Shown here in pieces: positions 27,551-35,712 of a DNA stretch of 60,215 nt. Made by a program: the position numbers and the translations under genes. The stretch comes from a virus (taxonomy: Duplodnaviria > Caudoviricetes), in IMG/VR virus record IMGVR_UViG_3300012893_000001, positions 1 to 60,215 of that record; one strand, 5' to 3'. The notes beneath the pieces were generated by a model. That model made no database searches and was not told the DNA's origin. It was given only the letters and a program-made list of their open reading frames with translations. Position 1 is the stretch's first letter, and each line of letters begins with the position of its first letter.

Positions 27551-29020
27551 TCACTTGTCCCGCAGGCGCTGCAACTCACGGCGAGTGAGCGCGGCTTCCA
27601 GTGCAAGCGCCTCCTCGTAGCGGATTGAATACCGGTTACCCGCAGTCACTGCCGGAACACCCGGGATCAGTTGATCTGCTCGTGCCGGTACGATGACGTC
27701 AGGTTCCGCCGGTACTTCGATATCAGGCGTTGCTTCCTGCACGATGTTGCCGTCTTCGTCTTTCAGTTCTTCCAGTCCCGGCACGATGTAACCCGGTTTC
27801 CCTGCGACGATGTACTCCTCATTGCCGGGGATCAGGATATCCGGGACGCCTTCTTCCGCTTCCCATTCGTCATAGCACAGTAGCGCCAGTTCGAACGGGT
27901 CGAGGCCAGCTGCTTCGAATGCTTCTTTCACACGCTGCGCGATAACCCCGATATGGGTACGCACCCCGCCGTCAAGAAACTTAAAGCTGACCCACTCAAC
28001 GGTTGCCCACGCATCCAGAATTTTATCCGTGAGGCTTTGAGCTGGCGTTTTGAGGCGCTCATCCGATGGCGTGATGGTAGCAGACTGTGCAAATACCGCC
28101 GTCCACCCCTGCGCAGCCGAGCCACAACTGACCGCATTGTTAGCGCTCGGACGAACACCCACGCCACCCGCGCCGCCGGTGATGAGCGCCCCGCCCGATG
28201 TTGACACGCCGCCAGTGTTCAGCGTCAGAAGTGGAGTAAATGCCGCTGAGTAGATAGATAACGAGGTCTGCGTGGTGTTGACCGTTGACTGGCCCGCCGC
28301 CGCTGTCAGCGTGATGTCACCGTTAGCCGCCAAGTTTTCCACGGTGAGCACTGATGTTGCAGTGGTCCCCTTGTATTTCAGTGTATCCGTGGCTACTACC
28401 TGCGTCCCCGGGATGCCGATAGCACTGGCCGCTGCTGCCGTTGATGCTGCCGTTAGCACTGCGCTGCCCACAGTCGTTGCGCCGATGGCCGTTTGTGCAG
28501 CTGCCGGAGTTGCAGCCGCGAACACTGATGACCCGGTAGCGCCAGCGCCCAGTGTGGTACGTGCAGCGGCAGCAGTTGCAGCGGTGAATAGCGCATCACC
28601 TGTGGCACCAGATCCCAATGTGGTACGTGCCGCCGCCGGAGTTGCCGCAGTGATAAGAGAGCGCCCGGTTGCGGTGGAGTCGCTGATCTGGCTTGCGGTA
28701 ATCGTGCCGCCAGACCCCGCTGCCGGTACACCCTTGGTCATGACTTGCACGTACTGGTTACCGCGCATGACCGTACCGCCAAGAGGAGCAAACCCCGCAG
28801 TAAGCTGTACGTTTACGGCGGTTGCCATGCGCACAGAGTCAGGAGCAGTCACGACGATAGCGCCGCCCGCCGCCGATGCGGTGCCCGTAGCCACCGGGAC
28901 ATACCACGTTCCCGCGTACACGTTGACCGTGCCGAATGGTAGCAGGTTGCTGTTGATGGCCGCTGTGAGTTTAGCGATGAGTTCCCCGTCAGTACGGGCT
29001 TCAATCAGTTGATAAGGCAT
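27551..29020 (-). CDS. fibre protein with C-terminal Peptidase S74 intramolecular chaperone
   Basis: SDERLK...HIGVIAQ.V..AF...GLD...LC.D.W...Y.IRYEE; four 22-aa Ala/Thr repeats. Confidence 0.85.
   Translation of the reverse strand: MPYQLIEARTDGELIAKLTAAINSNLLPFGTVNVYAGTWYVPVATGTASAAGGAIVVTAPDSVRMATAVNVQLTAGFAPLGGTVMRGNQYVQVMTKGVPAAGSGGTITASQISDSTATGRSLITAATPAAARTTLGSGATGDALFTAATAAAARTTLGAGATGSSVFAAATPAAAQTAIGATTVGSAVLTAASTAAAASAIGIPGTQVVATDTLKYKGTTATSVLTVENLAANGDITLTAAAGQSTVNTTQTSLSIYSAAFTPLLTLNTGGVSTSGGALITGGAGGVGVRPSANNAVSCGSAAQGWTAVFAQSATITPSDERLKTPAQSLTDKILDAWATVEWVSFKFLDGGVRTHIGVIAQRVKEAFEAAGLDPFELALLCYDEWEAEEGVPDILIPGNEEYIVAGKPGYIVPGLEELKDEDGNIVQEATPDIEVPAEPDVIVPARADQLIPGVPAVTAGNRYSIRYEEALALEAALTRRELQRLRDK
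28409..28672 (-). repeat. 4 x 22-aa repeat (ATG..L.TAAT.AAARTTLG.G)
   Basis: Visible in the translation, with 66-nt periodicity. Confidence 0.85.
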
Positions 29021-29022
29021 GT

Positions 29023-30657
29023 TTAGTACTCCGGTTCAAAGTAACCCTGATTGTTACCGCCAGCCTGTACAGGGAAGCGGAACGTTAACGCCAAGGCGTC
29101 GCCGATATCCGGTGAGCGCTTGATGCGTTTCTTAATGTCATCTTTCGATTCCAACACAATCATATCACGCAAATACTTATAGTGGGGAGCACACAGATCC
29201 CTGCCCCATTCCACGTTATCCAACAGCGAGACGCCGCCCGGCTGATTAAGCCACTCACGGATACCCCACCACATTTCGGTGCGGATGTTGCTGTAGCGTT
29301 CCGGTTCCTGTGCAGACTCGGAGAAGTGGACGCACGTCAGGTGATCGGCGCGGCCACGGTCTACCAGTACGTCATACACTGCCGTGCCGTAACCGCCGGT
29401 GCCGTCGATAAACGTGTGCTCTACGCCGTATTCGTTTTGTAGCGAGGTGAGCTTTGACGCTACAACGTTAGCGGGCTGCTTCACCATGCGGAACGTGTGC
29501 AGAACTACGCGCCCCTGACGGATAACGAAGCACGTTGCATCGTCGCCCATACGCGCTACGTCTACGCCCATAACCACCGCGCCGATAGGGTGATGACGCT
29601 GCTCTCTGGCGTTGGCGCGTGCTGCCTGTACCATATCGCCCGTGATGAGAATGTTATCCCCTGAGCTGTTGAATGCTTCCTCGGCGGTTGCCGGGTAGTC
29701 ACGCATGAAGCGGTTAGGGTCGTTGTCCATCTCACGGATCTTTAAGCGCCTCCATTGCATCTGTTCATCCGATAGCCGATTCAGATACTTGTAGTGCTTC
29801 TCCTCCTCGGTCAGCGTGAAGTTAGCCGGAACCTCTGACTGATACGCCGTCTCCCAGAACCACGGAATGAACACCTGAATGTACCCGTTGCCAATGCCCA
29901 GCGTATTCTCGCCCGGCGGTTCTGCACCTTGCCACTGCTCGTGGAAGTAGTTACCGATGCCGTCCGCTGTGCTCTCCATGTACACCTCGGTTTCTGGCGC
30001 TGCGCGGACGGTCTGCAAGATACCGGAAGCATGTTCCGCAGCGTTAGGCCAGAACGCTACTTCGGAACCGTGGAAATAGTGAGACGTAGCGGAACGCCCT
30101 GTGCCTGATGATCCGGCAGTCGCTACGGTGTACTGACTATCCAGTTCCGTGTACACCATCTGCTTGGCGTTGGCTGCGCCGGTCATAGGCTTGAGGTCAG
30201 CCGGACAGTGATCATGATAGCGCTTCGCCATGCCGAACAGGTTAGTCGTGGCCTCCGCAAGGTGCGTCAAGATGGTGACGTTGTAGTTCTCCCGGTGGAT
30301 TGTCTTCCAGTAAGCGCGCCCCTCCAGATACGTCGAGATGCCTTGCTGCCGTCCCTTCACTACAACGATACGCACCATGCCGAACTTGTGGAGCGACCAC
30401 TCGATAATGGTGTGCAGATACCATTGAGCACGGTTGAACACGAGCGGATGGCGTAACGCATCAGCCCCCTTGATGAACAGGCAGCGAGGAGCGAAGAACG
30501 CGAAGTCATCCGCGCACTTGGCATAGAACGCTTCCGTATCCTCCTCGTTCTGTAACGTCTCCATGAAATCCGTGTTCTCTGCACGGTCTGCGAGGAAGTG
30601 AGCCAAGCGCCACACGTCGTTATGCTCGGTGAGTTCCCACACGTTGCTCTTAGTCAT
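29023..30657 (-). CDS. terL: terminase large subunit
   Basis: KGRQQGIST Walker A, HGSEVAFW Walker B, ESTA.G, GVDVAR.GDD and SPD..DAL nuclease motifs. Confidence 0.92.
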   Translation of the reverse strand: MTKSNVWELTEHNDVWRLAHFLADRAENTDFMETLQNEEDTEAFYAKCADDFAFFAPRCLFIKGADALRHPLVFNRAQWYLHTIIEWSLHKFGMVRIVVVKGRQQGISTYLEGRAYWKTIHRENYNVTILTHLAEATTNLFGMAKRYHDHCPADLKPMTGAANAKQMVYTELDSQYTVATAGSSGTGRSATSHYFHGSEVAFWPNAAEHASGILQTVRAAPETEVYMESTADGIGNYFHEQWQGAEPPGENTLGIGNGYIQVFIPWFWETAYQSEVPANFTLTEEEKHYKYLNRLSDEQMQWRRLKIREMDNDPNRFMRDYPATAEEAFNSSGDNILITGDMVQAARANAREQRHHPIGAVVMGVDVARMGDDATCFVIRQGRVVLHTFRMVKQPANVVASKLTSLQNEYGVEHTFIDGTGGYGTAVYDVLVDRGRADHLTCVHFSESAQEPERYSNIRTEMWWGIREWLNQPGGVSLLDNVEWGRDLCAPHYKYLRDMIVLESKDDIKKRIKRSPDIGDALALTFRFPVQAGGNNQGYFEPEY

Positions 30658-31397
30658 TCGGGTTTACTCCGATTCATGTTGATGCGGCGGATACGCTCAA
30701 GGTGTGATTCCTGCGTCGTGTCGGTAGCGTTGCTGTTGTCCCAGCCTTTCAGTTTCATGAGCAGAGCAGCAGCACCGAGCAGTGCTTTCGGGTTGTAGTT
30801 GCATCGCCCGGTGAGTGTCTTGCCGTCAAGGTCGTACTCAACATGCAGCGTCAGTGAACGGTCAATGACCTGATGTAACACCGCCTCAAGATACTGACGC
30901 CCACGAACAGGGGCGAGAAGTCGCTGCCCTTTCATCTCGCGCAGATACTCACCGACGCGGGGATCTTTGAGCAGGCTTCCGGCTTTGCGCATCGCTTCGT
31001 TCTTGTCGAACACTTCGAACACAGCAGCAGCCGCAGCAGTGGAGTTAAAGCCACGCAGCACCATATTGCAGAATTCGATTTCTTTCTCGCTGATGCTGTA
31101 CGACGCCATGCGCTGCGCCGGGCTAAGTAACGCATTCGACTCAATAGGAGAGAGCGCCATATCTTCGGGCATAAGTTGCGCTTCGGCTGCGAGCTTTCGT
31201 ACGGCTACGCTGTGCGCCGTCCCTTGCCCCAACGTTCTCCGCACGAGCGGCATCGGCTTGATGATAGTTCCGCGCCCGGTTTGCACAATGGCATTGAACG
31301 CGACGATTGAGAGATTCCATTTTGCGGCGAGCAGGTCATCAGGAAGTTTCCCTTCCTCGTACTCTGTCGAGAATTCCGCGAACGCTTCGGGGGTCAT
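30654..31397 (-). CDS. terS: terminase small subunit
   Basis: EKE..FC......N.T.AA...A..LL..P.V..Y motif; directly upstream of terL. Confidence 0.75.
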   Translation of the reverse strand: MTPEAFAEFSTEYEEGKLPDDLLAAKWNLSIVAFNAIVQTGRGTIIKPMPLVRRTLGQGTAHSVAVRKLAAEAQLMPEDMALSPIESNALLSPAQRMASYSISEKEIEFCNMVLRGFNSTAAAAAVFEVFDKNEAMRKAGSLLKDPRVGEYLREMKGQRLLAPVRGRQYLEAVLHQVIDRSLTLHVEYDLDGKTLTGRCNYNPKALLGAAALLMKLKGWDNSNATDTTQESHLERIRRINMNRSKPE

Positions 31398-31433
31398 TGT
31401 GCATCATCCTGATCAGGGGATTCCATGCGGTAC

Positions 31434-31463
31434 ATTATAGAGGCATTCAGAAACCGGCGTCTA
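31434..31463 (-). promoter_or_regulatory. putative promoter of the morphogenesis operon
   Basis: TAGACG-18 nt-TATAAT about 37 nt upstream of terS. Confidence 0.45.
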
Positions 31464-31837
31464 TTGATGCTTTTTGGCGCGGCCAACGGGCTGATCGGTG
31501 CGCGTAGGTGAATTCTGCGTAACTCGTGCGCATGATTGCGCGTAGAAGATAGAGGATTTACGCCCGGGGATTTTGCTGCTAACTCATCGGCCACGTTCAG
31601 AGATAGCCGTTTTCCGCTATCTCTACGTACAGATCCGTAGCGCTACGTGAAATCTGAGCAACTCGCGGGGGAGATAATGCGTAGAAGATACAGAAAACCC
31701 GCCCTTACATATCTACGCTTTCCTTCGATATCTACAGCGCGAAGAAATATTTAAGGCTTCAAGAGCGTAACGAACGCCCGCCCAGCTCCTCTATCTGCAC
31801 CTTTCAGCGGCCAAGGGCTATAGCAAAGTTCCTGTAC

Positions 31838-31989
31838 TTGTATCTGTGAGATCCCGATAGAGGTTCTACATAGTTACTTCATTTTGTATATCTATTATTG
31901 TCGCGCAAGAAATAAAAGGATAAAATAAGAACGTAGATTTAACTGACAAGTAACTATGTAGAACCTCTATTCAGACCTCACAGATACAA
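31838..31989. repeat. long inverted repeat
   Basis: Perfect 23-bp arms 31857-31879 / 31948-31970 plus perfect 13-bp outer arms 31838-31850 / 31977-31989, around a 68-nt AT-rich spacer. Confidence 0.9.
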
Positions 31990-32003
31990 AACAAGGAAAT
32001 TCT

Positions 32004-32816
32004 ATGTTTCACTACACAAGACGCGAAGCAGCAATAGAACATTTCACAACGTACACGCGTTGCAAGGCGTGCCCGTACTGCAACACATCTGAGCGCTACG
32101 TTTCTAACTCGGCGTGCGTGTGCTGCGCTAACCGCGAGGTGCAGCGACCGGGGAGCAAAGGGCGCGGCGACCAGTCCCGGAAGATGAACGCGGAGGCCAG
32201 ACGCCAAGCATTCGAATCCGGCGTAACGACATACAACCGGGAAAGCGGCTGTCCGAAGTGCAACACGTATTTGCGCTACACATCTAACGGTTCGTGCGTG
32301 GAGTGCATAAAAAGAAAGTCCGACGCAAGATACCGGGAGCGCGCCGGATTCGTGAATCCTAATCAGTTGCCTATCGTGCCCGCTCATACAAAATGCAGCC
32401 ACGGCGCGTTGATACAGCAATTCATGCCTGAGCTGGGCGGGAAGTCGCTGATGCTGGTCAAGCATACGTGGGGTTCTGAGATGGTGGGCGAACCGGCGCA
32501 TTACGGCAAGTGCGCATTGTGTCAGCCGAGCCGAACCATTCAGCTTTACAATAAACTCTCTGCTGAAAAGATAATGCCACCGGGTCTGGACATGGCTGGC
32601 TACTATCTCACGCAGTTAGCAACGCCGCGCCCGGACTACCCACACGGGATTCTGGGCTACTGCATGGCGGAGAAGCAGAACAGCAGGCAAAGCCGGGACA
32701 GCATCAGGGTAGGCGATCAGCCCGCGCAAGTCCGGGATCTGCCACCATTGCCGCCACTCTCCAGTAAGGCTCTGGCGTACGTCGCCAACCTTAACCGCAT
32801 ATATGATGAGGACTAG
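32004..32816 (+). CDS. Cys-rich zinc-ribbon repeat protein
   Basis: Repeated C..C....RY.SN..CV.C units, plus a third degenerate C..GH...C..C unit. Confidence 0.7.
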   Translation: MFHYTRREAAIEHFTTYTRCKACPYCNTSERYVSNSACVCCANREVQRPGSKGRGDQSRKMNAEARRQAFESGVTTYNRESGCPKCNTYLRYTSNGSCVECIKRKSDARYRERAGFVNPNQLPIVPAHTKCSHGALIQQFMPELGGKSLMLVKHTWGSEMVGEPAHYGKCALCQPSRTIQLYNKLSAEKIMPPGLDMAGYYLTQLATPRPDYPHGILGYCMAEKQNSRQSRDSIRVGDQPAQVRDLPPLPPLSSKALAYVANLNRIYDED

Positions 32817-32818
32817 CC

Positions 32819-33157
32819 ATGATTAGAGCATCACATACCAGCTTTTACCTGATGCCCAGCGGAGAGACGCACGCCATAGATGGCCGCGCCCCGGTGACTC
32901 ACGTAATCGTGCGCAGACTCAGGAAGCCCAAGCCAGAGCCGCAGTTATTTCGGGAGGGGGCAAAATTGCGGCACCCGGCGAATCAGCTCATTTACCCCAC
33001 GTATGAGGAGTGGATAGCGTACCTACAAGAGAAGTCTGTGCGCTGGGAATTCTATTCGAAGCACACGAGCGCGGAGCAGGCAGCGAAAGCCCCGCAGCCC
33101 TACGCGTACCACTATGAATACGTCATCATTCCGACGGTGTATTACGGTAAATCGTGA
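32819..33157 (+). CDS. hypothetical protein
   Basis: GAGGA RBS; 112 aa. Confidence 0.65.
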   Translation: MIRASHTSFYLMPSGETHAIDGRAPVTHVIVRRLRKPKPEPQLFREGAKLRHPANQLIYPTYEEWIAYLQEKSVRWEFYSKHTSAEQAAKAPQPYAYHYEYVIIPTVYYGKS

Positions 33158-33171
33158 CGCGCTTCACAAAA
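33150..33171. promoter_or_regulatory. CRP-like binding site
   Basis: aat-CGTGA-cgcgct-TCACA-aaa versus consensus TGTGA-N6-TCACA. Confidence 0.55.
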
Positions 33172-33177
33172 TAATAC

Positions 33178-33214
33178 AAATAAAGCTTGCAGGGCAGAAA
33201 CGCCCTGTTATACT
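33178..33214 (+). promoter_or_regulatory. early promoter 1
   Basis: AAATAAAGC-TTGCAG-16 nt-TATACT with TGn extension. Confidence 0.75.
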
Positions 33215-33252
33215 GATTGGACAGGACACACAATCAGATAACGGGGCACCAC

Positions 33253-34095
33253 ATGAAAACTACATTCTACGGCGTATATTTTGTTGACGCACAGACCGGC
33301 GATAAAACCCTTTGCGAAGTTGACGGCGGCGTGTGCTACATGGCATACCGTGACCTTTCCAAAGCAGAGGCCATTGCGGCATCTTGCAATGAATCCGCAG
33401 AGGCTCACGGCTGGGATTCTCGATACACCGTTTCCCCTATCCCTGCGGGCGTGTTGGTTTGGGACGACTTCACCGCGTCAAAAGTAGTCACCGAAGACGA
33501 CGGCGTTATCAATATCTCTGACCTGCCGAGCATGGATCATGAACGCGCTGAGTGGCTTAAAAACCGCTGGACTATGTTCTGGGGTGCATATGACGACGCA
33601 ACCCGCGCCAGCATGACCGACGCCGCACACAACGAAGCGCTGTACCTTGAAGCGGAGCGCATCGCGAGAGCAGAGGAGGCCATCGCACCGGCTCGCGCTC
33701 AGGCTGTACTGATGAATAGTCATATGGATTTGCTGCCAGTCGATCAGGTGGTGGCTATCTTCGCACAGAATCCAACGCTGCAAGCCCATATCAAATGCCG
33801 CCAGATAGCCGCGCTCATACAGGGGGCACTGGAATCTACACATCTGCAATGCACCGGCCAGTCTATACCAGCGCGTGCCGCCTTGTACCGTGCCGAGGGG
33901 CTGGAGATGGGATTCTCTTACAATTTCCTGCTGGAGCACGCACGCAAAGCCTCATTCGCTTTCGCCACGGCTACCCGCCAGCTGCGAGCCATCCGCAGCG
34001 ACGCGGCAATTCTCAACGCGCACATCGAATCATTCTTGCCGAACGCACCAGAGCGCAAGGTGCTGACCGCATACGCAACCAACGCCAAAGACTAA
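33253..34095 (+). CDS. early hypothetical protein
   Basis: ATG at 33253 (MKTTFYG) downstream of promoter 1. Confidence 0.7.
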   Translation: MKTTFYGVYFVDAQTGDKTLCEVDGGVCYMAYRDLSKAEAIAASCNESAEAHGWDSRYTVSPIPAGVLVWDDFTASKVVTEDDGVINISDLPSMDHERAEWLKNRWTMFWGAYDDATRASMTDAAHNEALYLEAERIARAEEAIAPARAQAVLMNSHMDLLPVDQVVAIFAQNPTLQAHIKCRQIAALIQGALESTHLQCTGQSIPARAALYRAEGLEMGFSYNFLLEHARKASFAFATATRQLRAIRSDAAILNAHIESFLPNAPERKVLTAYATNAKD

Positions 34096-34138
34096 CCCAC
34101 ATACCCCGCAGACGCGGGGCATACATAGAGGCTAGACC

Positions 34139-34333
34139 ATGAACACCACCGAATCACAGGTACATATCTCAGACATCCGCGCAGGCGATACGGTCATGCA
34201 CCACGGCGTTATGCGCACAGTGTGCCGGAGCGATATTACCCACAGTAAATTCATGGGCGTTGCGCTGTTCGGTGACACCTACCGCCTCGGGCAGCAGACC
34301 GTGACCCGGGTTAACATCATTAAAGCTAAATAA
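34139..34333 (+). CDS. small conserved-type phage protein
   Basis: HISDIR.GDTV.H.G..RTVC..DI....FMG..LFGD.Y.LG motif; GAGG RBS. Confidence 0.7.
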   Translation: MNTTESQVHISDIRAGDTVMHHGVMRTVCRSDITHSKFMGVALFGDTYRLGQQTVTRVNIIKAK

Positions 34334-34365
34334 TTCTTGCAGGGCATAACCACATACGCTAGATT
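34328..34365 (+). promoter_or_regulatory. early promoter 2
   Basis: AAATAATTC-TTGCAG-17 nt-TAGATT. Confidence 0.75.
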
Positions 34366-34371
34366 TAAAGG

Positions 34372-34560
34372 GCACAACATTACTGAGAGGGTAGAAACGG
34401 ACAGGGCGTTTTATCAGCTTCGGCAATGACGGGACGCCCAGACCACGAACGGCAAACTTGAAGGGGGAGCCACGGGCACGTAACCAAGGGGGAAAAGTAT
34501 GTAGCGGACTTATACGCTGCGTCTTCCGGCTCGACACGGCAGGCGCAGCAATAAGACCAC
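34372..34560 (+). ncRNA. candidate structured small RNA or long leader
   Basis: About 200 nt without a credible ORF after promoter 2; several hairpins, one with a cTTCGg loop; multiple GGA. Confidence 0.45.
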
Positions 34561-34580
34561 TAACACCCGGAGTAAGCACC

Positions 34581-34757
34581 ATGAAAGCAATCAGCGGCTA
34601 TGAAGTTGTAGAAGTCCAGACCAACGGCGAACGCATTGTACGCGGTAAGTTCCCACCAAAGCTGGAGCAATCGGCGCGTGACCTGTGTGCATCCATGAAT
34701 GACCAATGGAACCATGCAGGCGTCGAGTTCTTTGTCAAAGAGCTGAGGCACGCATAA
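34581..34757 (+). CDS. hypothetical protein
   Basis: GGAG RBS; MKAISGY. Confidence 0.65.
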   Translation: MKAISGYEVVEVQTNGERIVRGKFPPKLEQSARDLCASMNDQWNHAGVEFFVKELRHA

Positions 34758-34966
34758 TGGCAGTCACATTCATCATCTTGGGTTACTGCTTTATCTTTGC
34801 AGTTATCCGCCGCGACGTTCAGAAGGTTTTGAAGCGTCACCGTTTAGAGTACCGCTATTCACACGGCTACCGCACAATGTACCTGCGCAGCCGCAAGACT
34901 GGCCGCTTAATTGGCTGCTCTAACAATCCATTCACTTTAATATTGCAAGGCGAGGCCGCAGCATGA
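34757..34966 (+). CDS. hypothetical protein with N-terminal TM
   Basis: TAATG coupling; MAVTFIILGYCFIFAVI. Confidence 0.6.
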   Translation: MAVTFIILGYCFIFAVIRRDVQKVLKRHRLEYRYSHGYRTMYLRSRKTGRLIGCSNNPFTLILQGEAAA

Positions 34967-35532
34967 ACACAATTACACTCAGCACCCACACCGTGAAACA
35001 TATCCGGTCAGCGTTTAGCACAGCCCGCATCCATTACGCGAAACACAAGCAGCTGGTCAAAGTAAAACAGTATCTTAACGCTCAGGAGGAGGTCATCAGC
35101 GAAGGCCTGACCCATGAGGAAGCCGGTCAGGTGCGTTACCTGTTTTCACTGGGTCGTCCGGGGCGCACACATAAAGATGCCGACGCCTTTTTACACTACG
35201 GTGCGCAACGCTGCAATGATGTATTGAACGCCCGCAAGCCGTCGGTAGGCCTCCCGGTACTGTCCTCTGACGTTGACCCTAAGCAAGCCGCCGGGCGTGC
35301 TGAACGTAGTCCCGACCTGATGCCCGCGTATGAGGCGTGGATCAAACGTTGCGTAGCACACAGTGTGCCCCTCATCCCGTACAAGTGCCCTGAATGCCAG
35401 TACCCACTATTCACACGCCACGCCCCGCAGTTTGACCGCTGGGACAGCACAGCAATGTGCCCACAGTGCCATAAGCTGTACGTCAAGATAACCGAGGGTG
35501 ATACAGTCACCGTACTGAGAATGCCATCATGA
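34963..35532 (+). CDS. zinc-ribbon protein
   Basis: CPEC...WDS...CPQC; ATGA overlap. Confidence 0.65.
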   Translation: MNTITLSTHTVKHIRSAFSTARIHYAKHKQLVKVKQYLNAQEEVISEGLTHEEAGQVRYLFSLGRPGRTHKDADAFLHYGAQRCNDVLNARKPSVGLPVLSSDVDPKQAAGRAERSPDLMPAYEAWIKRCVAHSVPLIPYKCPECQYPLFTRHAPQFDRWDSTAMCPQCHKLYVKITEGDTVTVLRMPS

Positions 35533-35712
35533 AAGACGGCCAAGTCTGGAAGTCCACGCGGCGGGAGTTATTTCATCGTAGGCATACGTAGCGTGTTTGG
35601 GGTTGCATTGTACAACCTGCACGGAAGCCTTGAGTTTCATGCCCCGCTGGAATATTTCAACAACGGCGCGCTAACCCTTATTGCCAACAATTACCGGAAA
35701 CTTAAACCATGA
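35529..35712 (+). pseudogene. frameshifted small gene
   Basis: MKDGQVWKS... stops after 20 aa; the +1 frame continues RGGSYFIVG...LIANNYRKLKP* with ATGA overlap into the next gene. Confidence 0.45.

Noticed and set aside
31394-31594. 66-aa ORF upstream of terS
   Set aside because: Non-ATG start, no clear RBS, overlaps the putative late promoter and repeat array; composition not protein-like
31838-31989. Inverted repeat as a protelomerase target or transposon ends
   Set aside because: A 68-nt spacer rather than a continuous palindrome, and no protelomerase, transposase or target-site duplication seen
34381-34412. CTGAGAG...GAAAC resembling a hammerhead ribozyme core
   Set aside because: The core lacks a base of CUGANGA, there is no stem II, and stems I and III cannot be formed convincingly
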